Positions 1 through 9,490 of a stretch of 64,000 nt of DNA are shown piece by piece. Under the pieces are notes generated by a model. That model was not told the DNA's origin, did not search any database, and saw only the letters and a program-made list of their open reading frames with translations. The translations under genes were made by a program, and so were the position numbers. The stretch lies in contig JBNRMN010000033.1 in assembly GCA_050309605.1 (NCBI GenBank), forward strand, positions 192,001 through 256,000, written 5' to 3'. Within the stretch, counting starts at the first letter, position 1. The number at the start of each line of letters is the position of its first letter. Origin of the DNA: Anaerohalosphaeraceae bacterium (lineage in GTDB: Bacteria > Planctomycetota > Phycisphaerae > Sedimentisphaerales > Anaerohalosphaeraceae).

Positions 1-114
1 TGCCGGATCATTTTGAAACCGCAAGAATGCCGCCTCGATTTCTTCGATTGCCGGTATAAGCACTTCGGGGACATAAAACCCGCCGTATTGTCCATATCGT
101 CCTTTTTGTTTCAT
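1..114 (-). CDS. trpB: Tryptophan synthase beta chain, N-terminal part (runs off window edge)
   Basis: Manual translation from ATG at 114: [38 protein letters not shown], a typical TrpB N-terminus; ATGA overlap with the trpF stop. Confidence 0.9.
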   Translation of the reverse strand, partial: MKQKGRYGQYGGFYVPEVLIPAIEEIEAAFLRFQNDPA

Positions 115-752
115 TGTCTTGCCTTTAGACCTGTGGTGTATCGAATGCCATCGAACAGTTTTTTCATTTTTTGATGATCTTTTTTGCCGGGGGCCGATTC
201 GATTCCGCTGCATACATCAATGCCATAGACGCCGGTGCGGATTGCCTCGGCGACATTGTCCGGCGTGATTCCCCCGGCCAGAAAGAGCCGCTTGGGGATG
301 TCTTTGATCCACTGCCAGTTGAACTGCGAGCCGGTTCCGCCATAGGCGTCGGGCGAAAAGGCATCCAGCAGAACGGCGTAGGTGTAATAGGCATTGGCTG
401 TCTGAATGTCTTCTTGGTCTCGCACGCGAATCGCCTTGAGGGTGCGGACATTGGCGAATCGGACTTGATCGCAAAATTCCGGCGTCTCGTCGCCGTGCAG
501 TTGAATCCAGTTCAGATAGCCGGTTTCCGCGAGGGCCTTGATTTCCTCGATGGGCGCGTTGACGAACAGTCCGACGCTGTCCACAAAGGTCGGCAGCTTG
601 TTGATGATGGAAAAGGCTTCTTCCGGCCGAATGTAACGCGGACTTTCGGGATAAAAATTAAATCCGAGCATATCCGCCCCCATCTCGAAGGCCGCCCGGG
701 CGTCGTCAAGATTCGTGATGCCGCAAATTTTGACTTTGATGTTGATAATCAT
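111..752 (-). CDS. trpF: Phosphoribosylanthranilate isomerase
   Basis: [28 protein letters not shown] and DVCSGIE motifs; trp operon context. Confidence 0.96.
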   Translation of the reverse strand: MIINIKVKICGITNLDDARAAFEMGADMLGFNFYPESPRYIRPEEAFSIINKLPTFVDSVGLFVNAPIEEIKALAETGYLNWIQLHGDETPEFCDQVRFANVRTLKAIRVRDQEDIQTANAYYTYAVLLDAFSPDAYGGTGSQFNWQWIKDIPKRLFLAGGITPDNVAEAIRTGVYGIDVCSGIESAPGKKDHQKMKKLFDGIRYTTGLKARQ

Positions 753-759
753 CGTTCAG

Positions 760-1776
760 CTATCCGTTGCTTAATTCAATCAGCTTATCCAGGCACGCCA
801 GCGCATTGCCGGAGGCGATGGCGTGATCGGCCTTCTCGATGCCTTCGACAAAATCGCCGGCCAGCCCGGCGATCATTATAGCGGCCGCGGCGTTCAAAAG
901 CACGATATCTTTTTTCGGGCCGCTTTCTTTGCCGGCCAGAATCGCCCGGATAATTTGTCCGTTGACCATTGCCTCGCCGCCGGCCAAGTCGTTAAAATCC
1001 GCCAGCCGAAACCCGTTCTCGGTCGGGTCGAGCGTTTCTTCGCTGATGTGTCCGTCTTTCAGGTACAGGATGCGCGTCGGCCCCATGGTGCTCAGTTCAT
1101 CCAGCCCGTTGCTGTGGACGACCATTGCCCGTTTCAGTCCCAGCACCCGCAGCGTCTCAATGATGCGCGGCATCAGGGATTCGTCGGAGACGCCCATCAC
1201 CTGCGCCGGGACATCGGCCGGGTTGGCCAGCGGGCCAAGGATGTTAAAGGCCGTGCGAAAATCCAGACTCTGCCGAACGGGCTGGACGTGCTTCATCGCC
1301 GGATGAAACTTGGGCGCGAACATAAAGCCGATGTGTGCCTGTTCGATGCACTCGGCTACCCGCTGCGGCCCCGGTGCGACATTGACGCCCATCGCTGTCA
1401 GGACATCCGCCGAGCCGCAGACGCTGGTTATGCCTTTGTTGCCGTGTTTGGCCACATACGCTCCCGCTCCGGCGGCCACGAACGCGGCGGCGGTGGAGAT
1501 GTTGAACGTTTTCATGACCGCTCCGCCCGTGCCGCAGGTGTCAATCAGCGGCGCAACATCCACGTTGACCGGCACAGCGTGTTTACGCAGTGAGGTTGCC
1601 AGCCCCGCCAGTTCAGAGACCGCCGCCTTCTTGACGCGCATTGCCGCCAGAAACGCCGCGATCTGCACCTCTGAGACCTCGCCGTCAAAAATAATGTCCA
1701 GCAGATGCTCGGCCTGTTCAAACGTCAGGTCGCGGCCTTCCAAAATCAATTCAAGATACTCTGTAATCTTCGCCAT
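760..1776 (-). CDS. trpD: Anthranilate phosphoribosyltransferase
   Basis: DTCGTGG, FNISTAAA, AKHGN and RTAFNILGPLANP motifs. Confidence 0.97.
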   Translation of the reverse strand: MAKITEYLELILEGRDLTFEQAEHLLDIIFDGEVSEVQIAAFLAAMRVKKAAVSELAGLATSLRKHAVPVNVDVAPLIDTCGTGGAVMKTFNISTAAAFVAAGAGAYVAKHGNKGITSVCGSADVLTAMGVNVAPGPQRVAECIEQAHIGFMFAPKFHPAMKHVQPVRQSLDFRTAFNILGPLANPADVPAQVMGVSDESLMPRIIETLRVLGLKRAMVVHSNGLDELSTMGPTRILYLKDGHISEETLDPTENGFRLADFNDLAGGEAMVNGQIIRAILAGKESGPKKDIVLLNAAAAIMIAGLAGDFVEGIEKADHAIASGNALACLDKLIELSNG

Positions 1777-1806
1777 ACCGGCCTCCCGTCATTGTTTGAA
1801 GTGAAC

Positions 1807-2397
1807 TTACCGTTGTGCTATTTTCAAAATATTTTCAATAATCCGTCCGCCCGCCGGAGTCAGGATGCTTTCCGGGTGAAACTGCACGCCGTGGATCGGC
1901 AGTGCGGTGTGCACCACACCCATCACGATGGATTCGAACGATGCGTTTTGCCGCAGACATGCCGGCAGACGTGCGGCGCACAGGCTGTGATAGCGTCCGG
2001 TTTGCAGGGGATTTTCCAGTCCCTCAAACACCCCCGTCCCGTCGTGTGTGATGCGCGAGGGCTTGCCGTGGACGACGTGCGGGGCGTGGCCGATGTGCCC
2101 GCCGAAATACTGTACGATTGCCTGATGCCCCAGACACACGCCGAACAGGCACAGCTTGTCGTGGAAATAATCAATTGCTTCCAGCGTTACGCCCGCCGTC
2201 GAAGGCGTACCCGGTCCGGGCGAAAGCACCAGCAGGTTCGGCTCAAACGCCTCGGCCGCGCGAACCAGTTCGCTCAGCGGCGTATCGGAACGATAGACCT
2301 TGGTGGGGCAGTTGCGTTTGGCAAATTCATCGACCAGGTTATACGTAAACGAATCAAAATTGTCGATAAAAAGCACCTTGGTGTGATGTTCGCTCAT
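1807..2397 (-). CDS. trpG: Anthranilate synthase component II (glutamine amidotransferase)
   Basis: IDNFDSFTYNL, SPGPG, GVCLGHQ, RYHSL and QFHPES motifs. Confidence 0.97.
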   Translation of the reverse strand: MSEHHTKVLFIDNFDSFTYNLVDEFAKRNCPTKVYRSDTPLSELVRAAEAFEPNLLVLSPGPGTPSTAGVTLEAIDYFHDKLCLFGVCLGHQAIVQYFGGHIGHAPHVVHGKPSRITHDGTGVFEGLENPLQTGRYHSLCAARLPACLRQNASFESIVMGVVHTALPIHGVQFHPESILTPAGGRIIENILKIAQR

Positions 2398-4043
2398 TGG
2401 GAACCTCCGTTTGCTTTGTGCAGGGCCGCTGCGGCGCGGACGGCCTTAAGGCAGGATTGGGCCTTGTGTTCGGTCTCTTGAAATTCCGTCGTCGGCACGC
2501 TGTCGTGCACGATGCCCGCTCCGGCGCGAATGTAGGCGGTCTGATCGCGGATTTGCAGGCTGCGGATGGTGATGCAGCTGTCGAATTGACCGTCAACGGT
2601 CAGGTACATCACCGCGCCGCCGTAGTAGCCGCGTTTGTTTTTTTCCAGTTGACGGATGATCTTCATCGCCTCGATTTTCGGTGCGCCGGTCAGCGTGCCC
2701 ATATTCATCGTCGCCAGATACGCACTGAGCGCATCGGTATCGCTGCGGAGCTTGCCCTTGACGTTGCTGACCAGATGCATCACCGATTCATACCGCTCGG
2801 TAATCAGCATTTCGTTGACGACGCGGCTGCCCGGCTGGGCGACGCGGGCAATGTCGTTGCGGGCCAGATCCACCAGCATCATATGTTCGGCCAGTTCCTT
2901 GCGATCCAGTTTTAATTCGGCTTCATTGCGAATATCGGTGTCGGGGTCGATTTTGCCGTTGATCCGTCCGCGGGGTTTGGTGCCGGCGATGGGGCGAATC
3001 TCCACGGCCCGGCCGTTGGTGCCGCTGACCCGCAGATTCAGCTCCGGACTGGCGCCCATCAGCACGGTCGAAGGGGTATTGATGTAGAACATGTACGGCG
3101 ACGGATTGAGTTTGCGAAGCTGCCGATACACATCCAGCGGCTCGGCCGGGCACGGCTCGGTGATCGTTCGGCTCAGCACCACTTGAAAGATATCGCCGTC
3201 CAGAATGTGCCGCTTGGCCTGCTGCACCATCGCCTCATAGTCGGCCTGTGTCGTGTCGGTATCGGACAAGGCCGATACCTCCGTCGCCGGTCGCGGCGCC
3301 GGACGCTCGGCGGCGGCCCGCTCAACATAGCTGTCAAAACACTCATTGGCCTGACGGCAGATCTCGTCACGGTCGCCGTTGGTGATTATCGCATTGACGA
3401 TGACATAGCCTCTGCCCTTGCGATGATCCATCAGAAAGATGTTGTCGGCAAAATACAGTTCATAGTCCGGATTATCGAGAATGTCGTGATCATTGGCCGG
3501 CAGTTTTTCGAATTGGTCGATAAAGTCATAGCTCAGCGCCCCGACCAGTCCGCATGTCACGCGAAACGGCTTGCTGGCCAGTTCAAACGCAAAGCCGACC
3601 GCCCGCAGCACGTCCATTTGGTTGGTGCTTTTGAGCCGCGACTGTTCGTCCATGATCCTGTCGTTGGGCCGCAGTTGACCGGTAATGCACTCCGGGGCAA
3701 ATTCGACGGTTTGGCAGAACGCAAATCGCTGCCGGTGCTCGGCCAAATACGTTAGCATCCGCCGCCCCGTCGGGGTCAGGGCATCAATGCGGAATCGATC
3801 GCCGCGGCCGGTCAGATACAGGGCCGGATCGGCCGTGCCGAAGGTCAGCTCCCCGGCGTCGCCTTCAGTCAGGTAGTCCCGCGATTCGAGCAGACAGCAG
3901 TGCCGTTTGCGGCCGTAGTCGCTCAGACGGGCAAAAAACTCCACCGGACAGGTAATATCGATTTCCCGCACCATCGGGATAATCTGGCCCGGCCTGGCCC
4001 GATGAATCCGTTTTTCGTACTCTCTCATATCAGGTGTCCTCAT
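2394..4043 (-). CDS. trpE: Anthranilate synthase component I
   Basis: LLES and NPSPYM feedback motifs; PIAGTKPRG, EHMMLVDLARND, GTLTGAPK. Start moved to ATG 4043 because the longer ORF runs into the attenuator terminator. Confidence 0.95.
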   Translation of the reverse strand: MRTPDMREYEKRIHRARPGQIIPMVREIDITCPVEFFARLSDYGRKRHCCLLESRDYLTEGDAGELTFGTADPALYLTGRGDRFRIDALTPTGRRMLTYLAEHRQRFAFCQTVEFAPECITGQLRPNDRIMDEQSRLKSTNQMDVLRAVGFAFELASKPFRVTCGLVGALSYDFIDQFEKLPANDHDILDNPDYELYFADNIFLMDHRKGRGYVIVNAIITNGDRDEICRQANECFDSYVERAAAERPAPRPATEVSALSDTDTTQADYEAMVQQAKRHILDGDIFQVVLSRTITEPCPAEPLDVYRQLRKLNPSPYMFYINTPSTVLMGASPELNLRVSGTNGRAVEIRPIAGTKPRGRINGKIDPDTDIRNEAELKLDRKELAEHMMLVDLARNDIARVAQPGSRVVNEMLITERYESVMHLVSNVKGKLRSDTDALSAYLATMNMGTLTGAPKIEAMKIIRQLEKNKRGYYGGAVMYLTVDGQFDSCITIRSLQIRDQTAYIRAGAGIVHDSVPTTEFQETEHKAQSCLKAVRAAAALHKANGGSQ

Positions 4044-4083
4044 TGTTTTTTTTATCTTGTCGGATAGCGGTTTTAATTGGCAT

Positions 4084-4122
4084 AAAAAAAGCAACCTGCC
4101 GACAGTGCCGCAGGTTGCTTTT
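4084..4122 (-). terminator. trp attenuator terminator hairpin
   Basis: Minus strand AAAAGCAACCTGC-GGCACTGTCG-GCAGGTTGCTTTT followed by a U tract, about 40 nt upstream of trpE. Confidence 0.9.
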
Positions 4123-4158
4123 CAAATCGTTCCTCACGTTTTAGACAAAACGGGTTGG

Positions 4159-4224
4159 CTACCTGTCGGCCTTATCCGCAGGCTGCCGCCACCACACCCG
4201 AATGTCTTTGCTGTTTCTATTCAT
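4159..4224 (-). CDS. trpL: trp operon leader peptide MNRNSKDIRVWWRQPADKADR (21 aa)
   Basis: Manual translation; tandem TGG TGG codons; lies between the promoter and the terminator hairpin. Confidence 0.85.
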   Translation of the reverse strand: MNRNSKDIRVWWRQPADKADR

Positions 4225-4231
4225 AGAAACA

Positions 4232-4260
4232 ATTGTACCGTTTCGTTCCCGCTCTGTCAA
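4232..4260 (-). promoter_or_regulatory. sigma70-type promoter of the trp operon
   Basis: TTGACA-N17-TACAAT on the minus strand; -10 box ends 7 nt before the leader ATG. Confidence 0.85.
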
Positions 4261-4458
4261 TCCGAAAAAATCGGAAATTTTGAAAAAAGTCAACAGATCG
4301 CCCTTCATTCCGATAAAAACAGGCATTCAGCCAGGCAGGGGGGATGGCAGAACCGCAGACTTTGCCCCGCAATGAACCCGTCGCCCCGGTCGAAGGAGAA
4401 TATGATTTCATTATTGAAGGTTAAAAAGCAGCCAATGCATGTTCTGGCGGGTACAGGT

Positions 4459-4953
4459 TTACGTTTCGGACTGTTCAAGACGTTTTTGGTAGCTTAGGGG
4501 GACGACCAAAACGGCACACTCGGCTTTGCGGACGATTTTTTCGGTGACATTGCCGAACAGGGCCTTTTGCAAAGCGCTGCGGCCCTGCCGTCCGATGACA
4601 ATCAGATCGGTTCGTTTGTGGTGGGCAAAGTCGAGGATTTCCTGCCAGTCTTTGCCGATGCGGTACTCGATGCGCACGTTGACCCCGTCCGGCACGTGCG
4701 ATACATAGGCCTGACGCATGCGCTCGTCCAGGTCGCGCTTGGCCTTGTTATCGACATCTTCCACTTCATAGACATACGTCTTCCAGAACTGGGCCTCGGT
4801 TTCGGGGATGACGTGCAGGATATACAACTCGCTGCCCGGACGACGGCGGGCGGCGTCCAGGGCAAACTGAAACGCAAAATCGGCATTCTCCGACAAATCC
4901 GTACAAAACAAAATGCGTTGAAACGTCGTTTTCAATGTGTTGTTGTCGCCCAT
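4459..4953 (-). CDS. Universal stress protein (TeaD-like, TRAP-associated)
   Basis: ILFCTDLSE N-terminus; DLIVIGRQG...FGNVTEKIVRKAECAVLVV USP signature; directly downstream of TRAP genes. Confidence 0.9.
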   Translation of the reverse strand: MGDNNTLKTTFQRILFCTDLSENADFAFQFALDAARRRPGSELYILHVIPETEAQFWKTYVYEVEDVDNKAKRDLDERMRQAYVSHVPDGVNVRIEYRIGKDWQEILDFAHHKRTDLIVIGRQGRSALQKALFGNVTEKIVRKAECAVLVVPLSYQKRLEQSET

Positions 4954-4983
4954 ATCTGCCTCAGATATAATTAGAATCAATTA

Positions 4984-5040
4984 GCCCTGAAAGGGCGAAT
5001 CCTCAATTTTGCTCTTTAATCTTTGATTTTTGTTTTCAAA
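4984..5040. repeat. REP-like GCCCTGAAAGGGC hairpin plus degenerate T-rich heptamers
   Basis: Same hairpin as at 9876-9888, followed by ttttgct/ctttaat/ctttgat/ttttgtt units. Confidence 0.5.
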
Positions 5041-5085
5041 CGGGCCATCGGTTAGGTTGAGTTAACATCCCTTCGGGGTAAGATC

Positions 5086-6387
5086 TTATCCGACCCAATT
5101 CGGTAAAAAGGTGCAGATGGACGGAAAGATCATCAGCAGCACTGCGGCGACGACCAGAGCCAGCAGAAACGGCATCGACCCGCGAAAGATTGCCTGCAGC
5201 GATACGTCGCGTTCGATACCGCTGACGACATAGACATTCACTCCCACCGGCGGGGTAATCACGCCCATCTGAGTGACCACGACGATAATGACGCCGAACC
5301 AGATGGGGTCATAGCCCAGCTCCTGGACGACCGGATAAAAAATCGGCGTCGTCAGCAGCACCAGCGCCAAGGCGTCGATAAAACTGCCCGCGGCCAGATA
5401 AAACAGAATAATCATTCCCATCACCATCCAACTCGGCAGCGGCAGATCCGTCAGCCACGTGGCCAGTTCAAACGGAATCCGCGTAATGGCCAGAAACCGC
5501 CCGAAAATGACCGCCCCGGTCACAATAATCATCACCATACACGAGGTGCGGATGGTTTCCATCAGCGACCGATTGAGCATCTTCGGAGTCAGTTTGCCGC
5601 GCAGCGCCGCAATGATCAGACTGCCGGCTGCGCCGATGGCGGCCGCTTCGGTCGGCGAAAAAAAGCCCTTGAACATACCGATCATCACCGCCGCGAACAG
5701 TGCCAGCGTCTCAATCAGTCCCGACAGCGATTTGATACGCACCGCCCAGCTTGACGGCGGCCCGGCCGGCCCCAGTCGAGGGTTGAGAACGCACTGGATG
5801 ACAATCGTCAGCGCAAACAGCACCGCGATCATCAGGCCCGGCAAAATGCCGGCGATAAACAGCTTGCCGATGGATTGCTCGGTCAGCAGCGAATAGACGA
5901 TAAACACCACACTGGGCGGGATGAGCATTCCCAGTCCGCCGCCGGCCGCGACGGCGCCGCAACTGAGTTCGGGGCTGTATTTGTAGCGTTTCATCTCCGG
6001 CAGCGCGACCGAGGCCATCGTTGCCGCGGTGGCCGGGCCGGAGCCGCAAATCGCCCCGAACGCCGTGCACGCGCCGACGGTGGAAATCGCCAGTCCGCCG
6101 GGCAGATGGCCGAGCCAGCGGTAGGCCGCGTCAAAGAGCCGACGGCTGATGCCGGCGTGAAATGCCACCTGTCCCATCAAGACAAACAGCGGAATCACCG
6201 TCAGATTATACTGCATAAACGTCTCATACAGTTCTACGGTGATCATACTGGCTGCGGCGTGCATATCGACGATAATCGCAAATCCGAGAAAGCCCACTAC
6301 CGCCATCGTAAACGCCACAGGCAGACTGGCCGCCAGCAGCACAAACAATATCACACAGCACAGGATACCGACTTGCAAGGGCGTCAT
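5086..6387 (-). CDS. dctM: TRAP transporter large permease (DctM-like)
   Basis: IPLFVLMG, GGLAISTV, LGMLIPPS, ITPPVGVNVYV; polytopic. Start at ATG 6387 overlapping the dctQ stop. Confidence 0.93.
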   Translation of the reverse strand: MTPLQVGILCCVILFVLLAASLPVAFTMAVVGFLGFAIIVDMHAAASMITVELYETFMQYNLTVIPLFVLMGQVAFHAGISRRLFDAAYRWLGHLPGGLAISTVGACTAFGAICGSGPATAATMASVALPEMKRYKYSPELSCGAVAAGGGLGMLIPPSVVFIVYSLLTEQSIGKLFIAGILPGLMIAVLFALTIVIQCVLNPRLGPAGPPSSWAVRIKSLSGLIETLALFAAVMIGMFKGFFSPTEAAAIGAAGSLIIAALRGKLTPKMLNRSLMETIRTSCMVMIIVTGAVIFGRFLAITRIPFELATWLTDLPLPSWMVMGMIILFYLAAGSFIDALALVLLTTPIFYPVVQELGYDPIWFGVIIVVVTQMGVITPPVGVNVYVVSGIERDVSLQAIFRGSMPFLLALVVAAVLLMIFPSICTFLPNWVG

Positions 6388-6923
6388 GGCTTGATCATCT
6401 CCCGTCGCGGATAAAGAAGATGGACCAGCACCACCAGGACCACCACAAAGCAGCAAAACCCGATGACAAGCGGCACCCAAAAAAGCGGAATTTGCAGGGT
6501 CTGGGAGACCCGCTGAGGCGGGCGAGACAACTCCAGCCCGTAAAGGATGCTGCGCCAGCCCAGAAATCCGAACAGCGCCATCGACAGCAGCCGCATCAGG
6601 CTGTCCACCACAAGCCGGCTGGTGCGGTTAAGTTTGTGAAAAAAATACTCAATGGCCACGTGCCCTTTGACTGCGGTGGTATAGGGCAGGGCCGCGGCCA
6701 GCGTCAGTGCTCCGCAAATGCGCACGATGTCATACGCTCCGACAAACGGCCGATTGATCCACGGCAGACGCAGCACCACATCGGCGCACACCGTACCGAT
6801 CATCACCAGCACGCTTGCACCGGAAAGATAGAGCAGGCCGAACACAACGCCCCTGAGTATGCGGATGCAGCCGTGTTCGATTTTGCGTCCCGCCGACAGT
6901 CTGTCCGGATGTTCCTGAGGCAT
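6384..6923 (-). CDS. dctQ: TRAP transporter small permease (DctQ-like)
   Basis: Four hydrophobic segments, GHVAIE motif; lies between dctP and dctM. Confidence 0.88.
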   Translation of the reverse strand: MPQEHPDRLSAGRKIEHGCIRILRGVVFGLLYLSGASVLVMIGTVCADVVLRLPWINRPFVGAYDIVRICGALTLAAALPYTTAVKGHVAIEYFFHKLNRTSRLVVDSLMRLLSMALFGFLGWRSILYGLELSRPPQRVSQTLQIPLFWVPLVIGFCCFVVVLVVLVHLLYPRREMIKP

Positions 6924-6935
6924 TCTTGTTGCAGG

Positions 6936-7985
6936 TTAACGGGCCGCCGTGTGCGATTCTTCAATGAGCGTCAGCAGCCGCTGGAGAAAGGCTCTGCCGG
7001 GCAGTCCCTTGCTCTGGGCCTGGGCGGCATAATCTTCAAGAATCGGCTGCACCGCGTCTTTCCATTGCTGCTGCTGTTCAGGCGACAGATCAATGATCTC
7101 TCGCCCCAGTTCTTCAATATAGGCCAAAGCCTCCTGGTCGGCCTGATCCCAGGCCCGACCATGCTTTTCGACCCATTCATCGCTGACCTCAAGGACGGTT
7201 TGCTGTTGGTCCTCAGAGAGCTTGTCCCAACTGGTTTTGTTCATCACCACAAACATGGCCGTGGTGTAGCCAATAATCGACGTGTCCGTAATGGAATTGA
7301 TCACTTCGCCCTGATTCCAGCCTTTGAGCGTTTCGACCGGGCAGAAGGTGGCATCGACCACGCCTTTTTGAAGGGCCTCGTAGGTATCCGGCTGGTTCAT
7401 AGCCACCGTTGTTGCGCCGAGGTGCTGGGCGATCTTGGATGACAGTCCGGTGGCGCGAACCTTCAGTCCGGCCATCTCGTCCAGTGTGCGGACGGGTTTT
7501 TTGGAGGCCAGAATGCCCGGCCCGTGTGCGTGAATATACAGCAGCTTGACGTCGTTTAACTCGGCCGGCTCAAATTCTCGTGCGATAGCGGTGGCCGCCT
7601 GCGTCGCGACCATCCCGTTCGGATAGCCCAGCGGCAGATCAATCCCTTCCAGCAGCGGAAACCGCCCGCGCGTATAGGCAAAACAGCTCATTCCAATATC
7701 GGAAACGCCGTTCACCACGCCGTCATAGCACTGATCGGCTGAGGTCAGCGTCCCGGCCGGGTAGAGCGTAATCTGCACGGTGTCATCGGTGCGCCGGCGG
7801 ATTTCTTCGGCCCATTGCTCGGCCATTTGACACTGGATATGGGTGGAAGGAAAGAAGATGCTGTATCTCAGCTTTACGACGGGGGGGCCTCCGTCCGGGG
7901 TATCGGCCTTTTTACCGCAGCCGACAAGTCCAATCACAACCGCCAGACACACCGTCCACGCTACACATGGGGACATTCGTTTCAT
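6936..7985 (-). CDS. dctP: TRAP transporter substrate-binding lipoprotein (DctP-like)
   Basis: Lipobox [26 protein letters not shown] motifs; AGGAGG RBS. Confidence 0.92.
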   Translation of the reverse strand: MKRMSPCVAWTVCLAVVIGLVGCGKKADTPDGGPPVVKLRYSIFFPSTHIQCQMAEQWAEEIRRRTDDTVQITLYPAGTLTSADQCYDGVVNGVSDIGMSCFAYTRGRFPLLEGIDLPLGYPNGMVATQAATAIAREFEPAELNDVKLLYIHAHGPGILASKKPVRTLDEMAGLKVRATGLSSKIAQHLGATTVAMNQPDTYEALQKGVVDATFCPVETLKGWNQGEVINSITDTSIIGYTTAMFVVMNKTSWDKLSEDQQQTVLEVSDEWVEKHGRAWDQADQEALAYIEELGREIIDLSPEQQQQWKDAVQPILEDYAAQAQSKGLPGRAFLQRLLTLIEESHTAAR

Positions 7986-8063
7986 GGTATTACCTCCTAA
8001 AATCGGATACCCGTATCGGATTCAGAACGAAAGCTATCCCGTTCTCACGATTTGCAGGTCCTT

Positions 8064-8092
8064 ATAGTAAACCCCGCACTCCGCTGATGCAA
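8064..8092 (-). promoter_or_regulatory. sigma70-type promoter for the TRAP operon
   Basis: TTGCAT-N17-TACTAT on the minus strand, followed by two hairpins in the 5' UTR. Confidence 0.55.
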
Positions 8093-8239
8093 GAAATAAT
8101 TCACGTCCGCAGTACAAGGGCGGGTTCATCCTTGACTTTTTCAGAGAAATGGCTGAAAGTAAAGGGCAGGTTCAGGTCGCCATACAAGTGATGTGGAGAA
8201 TACACTATGCGGGTACAGCCCCGAACGAGCGAGATCACA

Positions 8240-8668
8240 ATGAATGCAGAGGCCAGGTTTCCGACGCGAACGACGGTGCAGGCGTACACCATCCAGATCG
8301 TGCCGCGGTATGCCGAGACCGATCAGGCCGGCGTGGTGCACCATACGGTCTATCCGGTGTGGTTCGAGATGGGCCGCACGGAACTGCTGCGGGCCAACGG
8401 CCTGGCCTACAGCGATCTGGAAAAGGCGGGCATCTATTTTGTCGTGGCCGAGCTGGCCGTCAAATATCGCCGACCGGCCCTGTACGATGAGACGCTCGAT
8501 CTGATCACCGTCTGCACCCGCATCACGTCCGCCCGTGTGGAGCACACCTATACCCTCAAACGCCCCGCAACCGGCCTGATTTTGTGCGAAGGCACGTCGA
8601 TCCTGGCTTGTGTCGATGCCCAGGGCAAACCCCGCCGCATGCCCGACTTTATGTATCCGGCTGAATAA
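8240..8668 (+). CDS. Acyl-CoA thioesterase, YbgC/FadM hotdog family
   Basis: RYAETDQAGVVHHTVYPVWFEMGR motif; start uncertain (8207 or 8240). Confidence 0.9.
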   Translation: MNAEARFPTRTTVQAYTIQIVPRYAETDQAGVVHHTVYPVWFEMGRTELLRANGLAYSDLEKAGIYFVVAELAVKYRRPALYDETLDLITVCTRITSARVEHTYTLKRPATGLILCEGTSILACVDAQGKPRRMPDFMYPAE

Positions 8669-8866
8669 GACCGGAAGCGGCCTTGCACCGATTTTTCGCG
8701 GCGGACTGATCCTGAAAAAAGCGATTGCAGACGACCTCTGCCGAAAAAAAACTCAGCCACACTAAGAAAATATCCGCCAAAAGACCGATAAAAAACCTCT
8801 TTGTAAATCTTTTGTCAAGATTTTGAAAAAAAGTTAAATGACTCCCCTGTTATTCTTAATAACTCC

Positions 8867-8895
8867 TTGATATTTTCTTTGTAATCGTGTATATT
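8867..8895 (+). promoter_or_regulatory. sigma70-type promoter driving the small-ORF unit
   Basis: TTGATA-N17-TATATT in an AT-rich context. Confidence 0.7.
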
Positions 8896-8955
8896 AACCC
8901 TTGTAGCAATGAGGTTGAAAACTGAATAACAACAAGCAATCGTCTGGGGGTACAG

Positions 8956-9084
8956 ATGACCACGTTAAAAAACATAACCGAAATTCAATTGGCCGTGGAA
9001 GGCGGGCGGGGTCCGCCGGAAATACAACTGACCGATCGTCTCACGTCAATCAAGACCCAGAACCTGAATGCCCGAACCCACTGA
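8956..9084 (+). CDS. Small ORF A (42 aa) with RGPP motif: MTTLKNITEIQLAVEGGRGPPEIQLTDRLTSIKTQNLNARTH
   Basis: Manual translation; GGGGG 5 nt before the ATG; first ORF after the promoter. Confidence 0.5.
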   Translation: MTTLKNITEIQLAVEGGRGPPEIQLTDRLTSIKTQNLNARTH

Positions 9085-9100
9085 TAAAAGGAAAGTCAAA

Positions 9101-9184
9101 ATGCCAGAGACACGTGTTTATTGTCGGATTCGTCAGATGCCACCGGCAGCAGCGGTCAAAAACAAGGCCCCGCCGATAGAATAA
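9101..9184 (+). CDS. Small ORF B (27 aa) with KAPP motif: MPETRVYCRIRQMPPAAAVKNKAPPIE
   Basis: Manual translation; AAAGGA SD-like sequence upstream. Confidence 0.5.
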   Translation: MPETRVYCRIRQMPPAAAVKNKAPPIE

Positions 9185-9278
9185 ACGAAATGTTTTTGAG
9201 AAATTTTCGGCACGTCAGGCCGCTGTATTTTAAGTTTTATACGGTAAGCAATCGAAGTGATGATTTAAGGAATTCGTT

Positions 9279-9380
9279 ATGCCGCCGATTTTCGAAAACG
9301 ACCGAGTTATTACATTTTATCGGCCGTGCTGGGCTGCTCACGAACGCGGACCGCCGGGGGACACAAGAATGAAGCATTGA
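9279..9380 (+). CDS. Small ORF C (33 aa) with RGPP motif: MPPIFENDRVITFYRPCWAAHERGPPGDTRMKH
   Basis: Manual translation; TAAGGA SD-like sequence upstream. Confidence 0.5.
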   Translation: MPPIFENDRVITFYRPCWAAHERGPPGDTRMKH

Positions 9381-9490
9381 ATGAACCGCACTTATACGAT
9401 TATAATAACGCTCTTTGAATGACATCACATAGCCTGCACCGGATTTGGCCTTTTTTGCCTTCTCCTCCTCCGCTTCTGTCAGGTGCAGAC

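Noticed and set aside
4044..4094. N-terminal extension of trpE given by the ORF track
   Set aside because: Starts inside the attenuator terminator; ATG at 4043 is more plausible
8030..8058. GCAAA-stem-GAGA-stem-GA in the dctP 5' UTR resembling the first hairpin of a c-di-GMP-I riboswitch
   Set aside because: The second GCAAA element and P3 features are missing, and the stem is too short
9121..9372. 83-aa ORF from the track spanning the small-ORF region
   Set aside because: TTG start without an RBS, overlapping ORFs B and C, which have SD sequences and the shared motif; not fully excluded
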